Origin: Candidatus Portnoybacteria bacterium
Lineage (GTDB): Bacteria > Patescibacteriota > Minisyncoccia > Portnoybacterales > GWB1-42-6
DNA length: 54,007 bases
Direction of reading: 5' to 3'
NCBI GenBank assembly: GCA_016208745.1
Contig: JACQXN010000001.1
Location: 1-54,007 of the forward strand
Both the position numbers and the translations under genes were made by a program. Every line of letters begins with the position of its first letter. The stretch's first letter is position 1. Below the pieces are notes generated by a model. The model ran no database searches and was not told the DNA's origin. It was given only the letters and a program-made list of their open reading frames with translations. Of the stretch, positions 18,476 through 26,738 are shown in pieces.

Positions 18476-18850
18476 TCAAGCGTCAACCAAAATTTTAAAT
18501 CCTCCATAAGCCATGCGTTTTTCGTCAAAGGGCATTGGCTTGTCTTTGTATTTAGGATCGTTCATCATCGGGTCTTTCATGACTTTGGCGTTTACTTGGT
18601 CGCGATGGCTGCGGGATTTATAAACGATATAGGAAAAAATAACCGTTTCGCTTGGTTTAAGCTTAAGCATTTTAGGAAACGGTAGCCCCCATTTGGGATA
18701 TAAATCGTCGCCAACGCACTCTTTATAATCCAGCGCGCCGTATTTTCGCCAAGCTTTGCCTCCGTCTTGCGCCATTTTGCGGTAAGCCGACAAATTCTTT
18801 TTTGGCACCACTAGGACAAATCCATCAACATATTTTGCTGTTTTGGTCAT
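18476..18850 (-). CDS. DUF1428-family protein
   Basis: 'YVDGFVLVVPKKNLSAYRKMA..YPKWG' is typical of DUF1428 (YbaA-like). Confidence 0.7.
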   Translation of the reverse strand: MTKTAKYVDGFVLVVPKKNLSAYRKMAQDGGKAWRKYGALDYKECVGDDLYPKWGLPFPKMLKLKPSETVIFSYIVYKSRSHRDQVNAKVMKDPMMNDPKYKDKPMPFDEKRMAYGGFKILVDA

Positions 18851-18872
18851 GTTTTTTTAAGTTAAAAAATTA

Positions 18873-19379
18873 TTATTGATTTTTATATGCCCGCTTAAGG
18901 GCCGCGATATCAATTTTTTTCATTTCAAGCATTGCTTTCATAACTTTTTCTGATTTTTCATGGTCAGGATCATTTAACATCTCGCCTAAAATAACAGGAG
19001 CGATTTGCCAAGATAGACCATATTTATCTTTAAGCCAGCCGCATATTTGCGCTTTTTCGTCCCCGCCTTCGGTGAGTTTTTCCCAATAATAATCAATTTC
19101 TTCCTGCGTCTTGCAATTAACCAAAAGCGATATGGCTTCGGTAAATTTAAATTCCGGTCCGCCGTTTAACGCGATAAATTCTTGTCCAAAAAGCTTAAAT
19201 ACAACTGTCATTACTGAGCCAGCCGGTTTTCCCGAGACTTCTTCGGCCGCTTTTGGGTAGCGGGTAATATTTTCTATTTTTGTTTTTTTCCCGCTAAAAG
19301 CGGAGAAAATAGAGACATAGAAATTTACTGCTTCTTCGGCCTTATCATCGAACCATAGGTGTGGAATGATTTTTTGCAT
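18873..19379 (-). CDS. VOC-superfamily protein (PhnB / 3-demethylubiquinone-9 methyltransferase-domain type)
   Basis: '[37 protein letters not shown]'. Confidence 0.75.
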   Translation of the reverse strand: MQKIIPHLWFDDKAEEAVNFYVSIFSAFSGKKTKIENITRYPKAAEEVSGKPAGSVMTVVFKLFGQEFIALNGGPEFKFTEAISLLVNCKTQEEIDYYWEKLTEGGDEKAQICGWLKDKYGLSWQIAPVILGEMLNDPDHEKSEKVMKAMLEMKKIDIAALKRAYKNQ

Positions 19380-19395
19380 AGGTTTATTTTTTTCG

Positions 19396-19794
19396 TTACA
19401 TTACTTTTGTTGGTTGCAGCATGCTATTTAGGTTACCCTCTGTGTCATAAAACGAAACATATAGCCCAACTCCCGGTATATCCATTGGCTCACCATTAAC
19501 TTTGCCGCCCGCTTCCTGAACTTTTTTTATATGTTCTTTTATGTCGTCTACCGCAATAACCACTGACGGATGTTGCGATGGATTATCGTCTGTTTTTTGA
19601 AAAAAACCGCCGTTTATCACGCCGGGTTTCTTTGGCCCTTTTTTATCAGACTCGGTTGTCATCACTACAACATAATCCCCCATTTCAGGACCCATTTGTT
19701 TCGTTTCCCAGCCAAAAACGCTGGTATAAAAATTAGAGATGCGTTTTTTATCTTGGGCTGGCATTTCAAAATGTACAACAGGATTCATTTTCAT
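19396..19794 (-). CDS. VOC-family glyoxalase/bleomycin-resistance-fold protein
   Basis: '[51 protein letters not shown]'. Confidence 0.75.
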   Translation of the reverse strand: MKMNPVVHFEMPAQDKKRISNFYTSVFGWETKQMGPEMGDYVVVMTTESDKKGPKKPGVINGGFFQKTDDNPSQHPSVVIAVDDIKEHIKKVQEAGGKVNGEPMDIPGVGLYVSFYDTEGNLNSMLQPTKVM

Positions 19795-19894
19795 AAGTTT
19801 GGTTTGTTAATACTTATTACTAATTTTTATAGTTATTATCCGACCTTTTATAATTTTATTCTTTTCTAGATTAAATTATTATTAATTTTTAAAA

Positions 19895-20296
19895 TCAGTT
19901 TCGTTCAATCTTATTAGCGATGCGGATCATTTGTTTTTCTAGCGATTCGGTCCTTCTCTCTATGCGTCTCAATTTCCTCTCTGGCTCCCCTAATTTCCGT
20001 TCCAATTTTCTCTGTTCGGATCTTATGGCGTTTAAAATTTTGCGTGGCTCGCGTTGGATTTCACGCTCAATTTTATTAATTTCCTGTTGCTTCTTTCTCT
20101 CAATGCGCTCTGGGGTTCTCTCGATCTGTCTGATAAAACGATTTCTATCATTGACTCTGCTCTCAATTTTATCTAAGCTATCCTCTAGCGAATCTAAAAA
20201 TCCTAAATCACTAACTGCGTCAGCTGATTTAATATTAAGTCCGTAAATTAAGAATAAAATACCAAGAATTATTAAGGTTAGTGAAAGATTTTTCAT
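19895..20296 (-). CDS. Secreted coiled-coil protein, Glu/Arg-rich (ERK repeats)
   Basis: Signal peptide, then 'IERKKQQEINKIEREIQREPRKI..RKLERKLGEPERKLRRIERR'. Confidence 0.65.
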   Translation of the reverse strand: MKNLSLTLIILGILFLIYGLNIKSADAVSDLGFLDSLEDSLDKIESRVNDRNRFIRQIERTPERIERKKQQEINKIEREIQREPRKILNAIRSEQRKLERKLGEPERKLRRIERRTESLEKQMIRIANKIERN

Positions 20297-20335
20297 AATA
20301 CCCCCCCCTTAATAAATAAGACGAATTGGCAATTG

Positions 20336-20375
20336 AAAAACCACGTTAACAACGGAATGTTTAGCGTGGTTTTTG
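20336..20375. terminator. Bidirectional terminator hairpin
   Basis: 'aaaaaccacg..cgtggttttt', flanked by an A-run and a T-run. Lies 3' of the radical-SAM operon. Confidence 0.7.
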
Positions 20376-20380
20376 AGGTA

Positions 20381-20440
20381 GAAATTGGCGGAAGGGGCGG
20401 GTATCCTTCGCTCGTCTAGGCGAGCTTCGGAATACCAATT
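20381..20440. repeat. attL-like direct repeat: degenerate partial copy of tRNA-Ser 3' end (left island boundary)
   Basis: 20382-20402 'aaattggcggaaggggcggg' versus 24383-24403 'aaattggcggaaggagcggg' (20/21 identical, same orientation). Downstream 'gctcgtctaggcgagc' and 'ggaatacc' resemble a decayed anticodon arm and variable arm. Confidence 0.7.
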
Positions 20441-20464
20441 CTTTCTTTGTTTTTTGCGCGCCGC

Positions 20465-22276
20465 CTAACTTTTATCCATTTCTGATTTTAATCTATTTTG
20501 ACTTAAAAACAAAACTTCATTATCGTTTCCATTTTTTCCAATCGCCTGCCAAGGTTGTGTTATATTTCCTTTTCTTCCCGTGTAAAAAACCAAAGAACAA
20601 TCCAGTCGTGGTTTTGTTTCGTTTATATTTTTTATATACCTTTTGTAAAAAGGAATATATTTTATAAAAAATGATCTTATGAAATCGTCAAAATCTCTGA
20701 AAATTTTTGATTCTTCTTCCACCACTCTGTAAATAATATAATCTTTTGCAGCTTCTCTGCTTCTTTCCAAAATTTTTTCTTCCGACTCCAAATCGTTTCC
20801 GAAAATATTTTTTCTGGCATTTAAAACCAACTTCTCAAAGTCCGGCTGATTACATATGTCTTTTCCAATATTTTCTTTAGTTTCTGATAAATGTTTTTCA
20901 AAATCGACTGAATATTTTTCGTAAAGTGTTGATATGGGGATTACCGAAAATAATCCGTTATATTTATCCGCAATGTTGGTCAAAGTTTGAACATATTTCT
21001 CCGTTTTTTCTTTTGGAATTTTATTTACATTTTGCACTCTTCCGTCTCCGGGCGAAACAAAAATTTTCAGACCCGGACTATAAATTTTTACGACTTCTAC
21101 ACTAATTCTTTGTAAATTTTCCAATGTTGCTTCCTCGCATAATTCGGCGTTATCAACCAGTAAATTTGGATTTTTGCAACCGCCCCAAAATTGAAAAAAT
21201 CTAATGGGCAGATTTTTAGAAACTTTTCTTTCTATTTTTTCCAAAACTAACTTTTTCACATCTTCGGGCGGTAACGCACCTGCTCTAAATTTTTTATTAG
21301 TCAAAATTTTATATATTTTCTCGGCCAATTCACTATTTTCTTTTTCTAAAAAATTCCGACTATGTTTATCTCTATCCCTTAACTTTATAAATTTTTCGGA
21401 GGTAATTAAATCGTATAAACTTTTATCTCTAATACTTCCTACTTCATCGGTAATATTTGCGTCAGTATGATAAACATTTCCGAAAATATCTATTTGAGCC
21501 ACAAATTTATACCGCCTTCGGTCAGCTCCAACAATCGGAGAGTCTGGAGTCCATTCATAGCCAAATTGTTTTTTATCAATTTCCGACAACTTTTTATACA
21601 AAACTTCTGTTTTTTCTTTTGGTAATTTCATTTCTTCCTTCGCTCGTCCAGTTATAGTTGCTATTTCAATCCAAGGGATTATTCCATTTTTTCGGCAAAA
21701 AATAAATAATTCGGGTATTTCTCGATAATTGTCCTCGCAAATAATGGAATTTAAAGCTAATCTTTTGTCTTTGGCGAATCCTATATCAACCAACATTTTT
21801 ATTTTTTCTAAAAATATTTTTTGCGCTCCTTTTAATCCGACTAATTTGTCATTTATTTCGGGATTGAAAGAATTCAGCTTAACCATTAAATTCACATCTC
21901 TTTCATTCAACCATTCCGCAAGTTCTTTGCTTAAAAGCAAGCTGTTTGTAAATAAAACTACTCTTAAATCCAGACTTTTTATAAAATCAATCAACTCTTT
22001 CAGGTTTCTATACAATAAAGGTTCCCCGCTTCCAGTTATGCTTACGACTTTTATTCCCAAATCTTTTGCTTGCTTAATGTTGTTTTTTATTTCATCTAAA
22101 GATAGTTTTGTTTTGTTGTTTTCTCTTTTTTCACTAATAAAGGGAGCATTACTTAGACAATAAACACACTTGAGATTACATTCCTCAATTACATGTATTC
22201 TTAATTCCAATAAAAGATTATTATTTTCAAAATCTTTTTCGGAAAAATCAATCGCTTTCAGAAATGGTGGTTTCAT
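20465..22276 (-). CDS. Radical SAM enzyme (MoaA/viperin-like CxxxCxxC core) fused to a ~300-aa C-terminal domain of unknown function
   Basis: 'IEECNLKCVYCLSNAPF' (Cx3Cx2C). 'VVSITGSGEPLL' SAM-binding GGE-like motif. No recognisable family in the C-terminal half. Very AT-rich gene. Confidence 0.8.
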   Translation of the reverse strand: MKPPFLKAIDFSEKDFENNNLLLELRIHVIEECNLKCVYCLSNAPFISEKRENNKTKLSLDEIKNNIKQAKDLGIKVVSITGSGEPLLYRNLKELIDFIKSLDLRVVLFTNSLLLSKELAEWLNERDVNLMVKLNSFNPEINDKLVGLKGAQKIFLEKIKMLVDIGFAKDKRLALNSIICEDNYREIPELFIFCRKNGIIPWIEIATITGRAKEEMKLPKEKTEVLYKKLSEIDKKQFGYEWTPDSPIVGADRRRYKFVAQIDIFGNVYHTDANITDEVGSIRDKSLYDLITSEKFIKLRDRDKHSRNFLEKENSELAEKIYKILTNKKFRAGALPPEDVKKLVLEKIERKVSKNLPIRFFQFWGGCKNPNLLVDNAELCEEATLENLQRISVEVVKIYSPGLKIFVSPGDGRVQNVNKIPKEKTEKYVQTLTNIADKYNGLFSVIPISTLYEKYSVDFEKHLSETKENIGKDICNQPDFEKLVLNARKNIFGNDLESEEKILERSREAAKDYIIYRVVEEESKIFRDFDDFIRSFFIKYIPFYKRYIKNINETKPRLDCSLVFYTGRKGNITQPWQAIGKNGNDNEVLFLSQNRLKSEMDKS

Positions 22277-22488
22277 AGTTTAATCAGTTCGTCCAGGGAA
22301 ATGTCTAAGGCCTTGGCGATTTTTGCCATAACAAAAACTGATGGCTTTTTAATTACTCCTGTTTCAACTTTAGTTAATGTCGTATAAGGAACATCTGCCT
22401 TTCTTGCAAAATCGTCTTGTGAAAGTTCCAGTTTTTGCCGAAGTGATTTTATTTTTTTCCCCAATTTATTGTCTTGACTACTTTCCAT
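22273..22488 (-). CDS. XRE-family helix-turn-helix transcriptional regulator
   Basis: 'KLGKKIKSLRQKLELSQDDFARKADVPYTTLTKVETG'. The stop overlaps the radical-SAM start by 4 nt. Confidence 0.85.
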   Translation of the reverse strand: MESSQDNKLGKKIKSLRQKLELSQDDFARKADVPYTTLTKVETGVIKKPSVFVMAKIAKALDISLDELIKL

Positions 22489-22569
22489 AATTTGATAACA
22501 TTAAATTGTTCTGCTATAATTCCATACAGTTATATGCTAACAAATTTTTATGTTTTAAGCAAGCGAATT

Positions 22570-22760
22570 TTAGGGAGTACATCTGTTGTGTGCGCACGGG
22601 AGGGCGGGGCAAACACAACTTCCTTTCTGGCGGCGCATTTCGCAAAGCGAAATACGAAAAATTGCGGCGGCGAAAAAAGAAGCGGCGAAAGCGAGGGCGG
22701 GCAAAAATTCCTTCCCCCCAACCCCCTTCCTTTTTGCCCGCCCGAGCGGAAAAGTTTTTA
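22570..22760. other. GC- and purine-rich, stop-codon-poor structured non-coding region (candidate recombination site or ncRNA)
   Basis: Nested hairpins 'gttgtgtg..cacaac', 'catttcgcaaagcgaaat', and a 13-bp stem 'gggcgggcaaaaa..tttttgcccgccc'. Three 'ggcggcg' repeats. Open in 5 reading frames. Confidence 0.5.
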
Positions 22761-22865
22761 TCAAAATTTGCAATCCGGATTTTCGTCAAAAAAATCAACC
22801 AATCTTTTTTCTTTCGTCTCTGGCGAAAGGTAAAGAGATAATTTAATTTTGACTGCCCAAATAAT

Positions 22866-24482
22866 ATGACAAACGAAAATCAAACCAAGAAGTTTTTTAT
22901 CTACGCCCGCAAGTCAACAGACAGCGAAGACAGGCAAATTCGCAGTATTGCCGATCAACTTGCTGAATTGCGAGAGCTAGCGAGAAAAGAAAACATTGAT
23001 GTTGTTGATACTTTGGTAGAAAAGCAAACTGCGAAAAAGCCCGGACGGCCTGTCTTCGCTGAAATGTTAAAAAGAATTGAAGCGGGCGAAGCCGAGGGAA
23101 TTTTAGCGTGGCACCCCGATAGATTGGCGAGAAATTCCGTTGACGGCGGACAAATCATTTATCTTGTGGATACCGGAATAATCAAAGAGCTAAAATTCCC
23201 AACTTTTTGGTTTGATCCAACTCCGCAAGGCAAATTTATGCTTTCAATCGCTTTCGGGCAGTCAAAATACTACATTGATAATCTTTCGGAAAATATCAAA
23301 AGAGGACATCGGCAAAAATTGAAAAACGGTTTATGGCCTCAAATGGCTCCGCTTGGTTATCTCAACAACAAAGAGACAAAACAGATTTATGTGGACAAAG
23401 AAAAATCACAGCTTATTAAAAAGGCATTTGAGGCCTACGCGAGTGGAAAAAATACGCTTAAAGAAATCCGAAAGATTATCAATGATCTCGGCTTGAAAGG
23501 GCGGCGAGGTTCTTTGCTTTCTGTTTCCAATTATCAATATCTTTTACAAAATCCTTTTTACTATGGATTGATAAGGTATAACGGCGAATATTTTGAAGGA
23601 AAGCACGAACCGATTATTTCAAAGAAACTTTTTGACGAAACGCAAGAAGTGATGAAAAGAAAATCTAAACCACAAAAATCAGATGAGATGAAATTTTTTC
23701 TTTACAGAGGATTTTTCCGTTGCGGGGAATGTGGATTTACCATAACGGCGGATAAAAAGATAAAACCGAGCGGGAAAGAATACATCTACTATTACTGCAC
23801 CAAGAAAAATCCAAACCACATCTGCTCGCAAAATGTTTTTACCAGAGAAGAAAAAATTTCATCTCAAATCAACGAAGCCATACAAAAAGTCTCTTTGCCC
23901 GATGATTGGGCTGATAAAATGCTGAACGAATTAGAAAAAGAGAAAAACGAGAAAGCCCAATCATCTCGCTTTTTTGCTCAAAAAATTCAAGACGAAATAA
24001 AAACGATTGACGAAAAGCTGGAAAAACTGATGAACGCTTATCTTGAAAACGCCTTAAACCTTGCCGAATATCGGGAAGCCAAAAACAAACTCGTCAATCA
24101 AAAACAGCTTTTGAAAGACAAACTGACAGCTTTTGAGCAAAAAAGCAATAATCGGTTCGAACTCGCCGCCAAATTCATAAACTCCGTAAAACAAGCCGAA
24201 ATTATCGCTTTGCAAGAAAATCCCGAACAGGGTCGGGATTTTCTAAAAAAGATTGGTTCGAACTTCCGTTTGAGCGGGCAGAAATTGTTTTTGGATTTCA
24301 AAAATCCCTTCAAAATCCTCACGGAAGCCGAGCCCCGCCTCTGGCGGGGCGAGGCAACAATCGCCCAAAAGTCGCAATCTGAAAATTGGCGGAAGGAGCG
24401 GGATTCGAACCCGCGATACCTTGCGGTATACTCGCTTTCCAAGCGAGCGCACTCGGCCTCTATGCGACCCTTCCTGAATTAG
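22866..24482 (+). CDS. Large serine recombinase (resolvase catalytic domain + recombinase domain + zinc ribbon)
   Basis: Catalytic 'FFIYARKSTDSEDRQ' (Ser nucleophile), 'GILAWHPDRLARN'. Zinc ribbon 'FFRCGECGF..YYYCTKK'. The last ~32 codons run antisense through tRNA-Ser, so the true stop may be earlier or the overlap is real. Confidence 0.85.
   Translation: MTNENQTKKFFIYARKSTDSEDRQIRSIADQLAELRELARKENIDVVDTLVEKQTAKKPGRPVFAEMLKRIEAGEAEGILAWHPDRLARNSVDGGQIIYLVDTGIIKELKFPTFWFDPTPQGKFMLSIAFGQSKYYIDNLSENIKRGHRQKLKNGLWPQMAPLGYLNNKETKQIYVDKEKSQLIKKAFEAYASGKNTLKEIRKIINDLGLKGRRGSLLSVSNYQYLLQNPFYYGLIRYNGEYFEGKHEPIISKKLFDETQEVMKRKSKPQKSDEMKFFLYRGFFRCGECGFTITADKKIKPSGKEYIYYYCTKKNPNHICSQNVFTREEKISSQINEAIQKVSLPDDWADKMLNELEKEKNEKAQSSRFFAQKIQDEIKTIDEKLEKLMNAYLENALNLAEYREAKNKLVNQKQLLKDKLTAFEQKSNNRFELAAKFINSVKQAEIIALQENPEQGRDFLKKIGSNFRLSGQKLFLDFKNPFKILTEAEPRLWRGEATIAQKSQSENWRKERDSNPRYLAVYSLSKRAHSASMRPFLN
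24387..24474 (-). tRNA. tRNA-Ser (anticodon GGA), type II with long variable arm, CCA encoded
   Basis: Acceptor GGAAGGG/TCCTTCC. Anticodon stem CTCGC/GCGAG with loop TTGGAAA. Variable arm ATACC-GCAA-GGTAT. T-arm GCGGGTTCGAATCCCGC. Ends GCCA. Confidence 0.85.
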
Positions 24483-24729
24483 AAAATAGGTATTTTATTC
24501 TTTCCCTTCCCTTCCCCGTTTTTAAAAACCTTTCTTCCTTTAACGAATCTCTTTTTAATGTGAACGCTTCATAATATACTAATAACCAAGGAATGCCTTT
24601 TGATGTATAGGGTGATTTACCATTATTGTGATAAATTAACCGCTGGCGAAGATCATTGGTGCTACCGATATATCTTTTATTTAATTTTTTACTAAATAAA
24701 ATATAGACGTAATACATAATTCTGTACAC
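24460..24729 (-). CDS. Small GIY-YIG domain nuclease (second copy of the family)
   Basis: 'YYVYILFSKKLNKRYIGSTNDLRQRLIYHN..WLLVYYEAFTLKRDSLKEERFLKTGKGR'. The 3' end overlaps the tRNA-Ser 5' end by ~12 nt. Confidence 0.7.
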   Translation of the reverse strand: MYRIMYYVYILFSKKLNKRYIGSTNDLRQRLIYHNNGKSPYTSKGIPWLLVYYEAFTLKRDSLKEERFLKTGKGRERIKYLFSNSGRVA

Positions 24730-24778
24730 CCCCGCCCGAGGTGTGATCGGCCTCCCCGCCCGAGGCGGGTGCGCCTTG

Positions 24779-24798
24779 GGCGCATATGCGACCCTTCC
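24779..24798. repeat. Partial duplicate of tRNA-Ser 5' end
   Basis: 'ggcgcatatgcgacccttcct' versus the tRNA 5' region 24455-24476 'ggcctctatgcgacccttcct'. Flanks the GIY-YIG gene on the side opposite the intact tRNA. Confidence 0.6.
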
Positions 24799-24802
24799 TA
24801 AT

Positions 24803-24826
24803 TTGTCGCTGCCGGACAGCGACAGA
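24803..24826. terminator. Conserved palindromic hairpin (REP/terminator-like), one of two identical copies
   Basis: 'ttgtcgctgccggacagcgacag'. Near-identical 'ttgtcgctgtccgacagcgacag' at 37186-37208. Both copies sit at convergent gene ends. Confidence 0.65.
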
Positions 24827-24834
24827 GTGTTTAA

Positions 24835-25710
24835 TCAATCTATCAAAGTATACCCGTTATTCTTTCTAATAAAATTCAAAATTCTTCCATTAAAAATTAA
24901 GTTAAATGCCGGGCTGCCTGTTTCCATTTCCGAAACAATTTTATTAGACGCAGAAACTAATGAATGTAATCCTTTCGCTTTTAATTTGGCTCCGTAAAGT
25001 TTGGGGATTCTAAAATTCTGAAGTATCTTATTCTTTAAGGTATATGTATTCCTTGGCCTGCACTTAGCTAAGAATACGGAAAACACCGAGCCAGAGCTCA
25101 AAAAAGCAATGATTAATTGTTCAAATTCCAAACCGTATCTTTCGGATTTGCTTAATTTTAAAAATTTTTCCGCAAACTTATTATTATAAACTCGCAGTCC
25201 AGCAAATAGATCTCTGGCTCTATACCCCATAGTCGCCGCTATCTCTTCTCCGAAAAGCAGTACGTTTTTTCTGTACACATTGATTTTTTTAAGTTCTTCT
25301 GGGTATCTGTCACCGATAACCATAATTGGTTTGCTGGATTCACGAATCGATCCAATCTTTTTTAATAAATTTGGTATATTTGAGGGTGGATAGTCATTGT
25401 CCCCGTCAATCTGAATAATATATTTTATTTTCCAGCCAGAATTTAATATTCTTTTTAGTCCCCTGCGGACTGCTTCGGCCTTCCCTTTGTTTTTATTTAA
25501 TCTAATGAATAGGTCCGTGGTGGGAAAATTTGATTTATCTAAGTTTGCGCCATCATCAACTACGACTAATTTGCCTGCATAATTTCCTATTTCATGGATT
25601 ACTTTTTTCAATTTTTTTATCGCTCTAAGATAATCCGAGCTTAGCGGATCAAAATAAAAAGGAATTAGGCCAACGATCTCATCTTTTGTCGGTATCGGGC
25701 TTCTGTTCAT
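24835..25710 (-). CDS. Family 2 glycosyltransferase (polyprenyl-phosphate sugar transferase-like)
   Basis: 'LVVVDDGANLD..NKGKAEAVRRGL..IQIDGDNDYPP' (GT-A DxD). Confidence 0.8.
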   Translation of the reverse strand: MNRSPIPTKDEIVGLIPFYFDPLSSDYLRAIKKLKKVIHEIGNYAGKLVVVDDGANLDKSNFPTTDLFIRLNKNKGKAEAVRRGLKRILNSGWKIKYIIQIDGDNDYPPSNIPNLLKKIGSIRESSKPIMVIGDRYPEELKKINVYRKNVLLFGEEIAATMGYRARDLFAGLRVYNNKFAEKFLKLSKSERYGLEFEQLIIAFLSSGSVFSVFLAKCRPRNTYTLKNKILQNFRIPKLYGAKLKAKGLHSLVSASNKIVSEMETGSPAFNLIFNGRILNFIRKNNGYTLID

Positions 25711-25749
25711 ATATTGTTATTAGGCAGTGATAGGATTTAACCGGTTTAT

Positions 25750-26319
25750 TTATTTTTCTCTCGCCTCTCCGTAAATAATCTTATAATGTTCCGGATCAAA
25801 CCATTCTTGATTTTCCGGCGACATTAATTTATTGCCAAGCCAGCCGGCTAAATGTCTGCGCTCACCGCTATTATTTTTTTCAAAAAATTGGCTTTGCCAA
25901 TTTAAAAATTCTTCTTTACCTAATGTCTTTTCTCTAAATTTTTGATAAATCAGTAAATCTTTTTCAGTTAACGCGGCTGGGTCAAGCTCTATAATATCGG
26001 GATTATATTCGGGTTTATAGTCGCTGTTTCTAACCTTTTTCTCAAATTCATCCACTCTCTTTTCTAACTCCGTTTGTTTTAAACCAACAATTTCTTGCCG
26101 GATTTTTTCTAATTCCTCATTTTTTGAAACAGGGTTTTCCGTGTCTTTGTAATGATGGCTGAAAACATCTTCAACTAATTTTTCTTGTTCTTCTGGGGGG
26201 AGATTTTTATAAAGAGGGCTGTGATTCAGCGTTTCTTGAGCTTCTTTTTTTGCCAAATACTCCTGAAGTTCTGCTTCAGTTTTTTCTGGCTGTGGGTTTT
26301 CAAAGTTTTGGGGGTCCAT
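25750..26319 (-). CDS. Acidic hypothetical protein
   Basis: 189-aa ORF, Glu/Lys-rich; no family recognised. Confidence 0.6.
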   Translation of the reverse strand: MDPQNFENPQPEKTEAELQEYLAKKEAQETLNHSPLYKNLPPEEQEKLVEDVFSHHYKDTENPVSKNEELEKIRQEIVGLKQTELEKRVDEFEKKVRNSDYKPEYNPDIIELDPAALTEKDLLIYQKFREKTLGKEEFLNWQSQFFEKNNSGERRHLAGWLGNKLMSPENQEWFDPEHYKIIYGEAREK

Positions 26320-26343
26320 AGCGCTGTTATTTTTATATAGGTT

Positions 26344-26380
26344 AGCTCCCTCCTTTTTAAAGGAGGGGTGGGGTGGATTT
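26344..26380. repeat. Family A half-element (hairpin-2 half) flanking the DUF559 gene
   Basis: 'ctccctcctttttaaaggaggggtggggtggattt' matches the second half of A1. Confidence 0.7.
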
Positions 26381-26385
26381 ATATT

Positions 26386-26736
26386 TTAAATCTCATTGCG
26401 TATTTTCTCAACAACGTTATCTATATTTCTCAGGACGTCCAGATTGGTGAATCGTAATATCCGTAATCCTAAATTTTTCAAATACAAGTCTCTTTTTCTG
26501 TCCGCAACTATATTTTTTGTTTCGTAATGTTGTCCGCCGTCAATTTCAATAACTAATTTTGCTCTATCACAATAGAAATCAACAATATAATTATCTATTG
26601 GCTTTTGTCTGTTGAATAAACAATCCTTGATTTGCCTTTTTCTTATCTTTGACCAAAGTAACTTTTCGGCGTCAGTCAACCTCGACCTCAAGTCTCTACT
26701 TTTCGATTTTAGATAAGACACGTATCTTAAAGGCAT
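26386..26736 (-). CDS. DUF559 endonuclease-domain protein (Vsr/restriction-endonuclease-like fold)
   Basis: 'EKLLWSKIRKRQ..FNRQKPIDNYIVDFYCDRAKLVIEIDGGQHYE..DRKRDLYLKNLGLRILRF'. Confidence 0.75.
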   Translation of the reverse strand: MPLRYVSYLKSKSRDLRSRLTDAEKLLWSKIRKRQIKDCLFNRQKPIDNYIVDFYCDRAKLVIEIDGGQHYETKNIVADRKRDLYLKNLGLRILRFTNLDVLRNIDNVVEKIRNEI

Positions 26737-26738
26737 AA

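Noticed and set aside
22474-22846. Five overlapping ORFs (22474..22833, 22506..22841, 22514..22798, 22570..22773, 22586..22846)
   Set aside because: Mutually overlapping in several frames with no RBS. Better explained by a purine/GC-rich, stop-poor non-coding segment (see finding).
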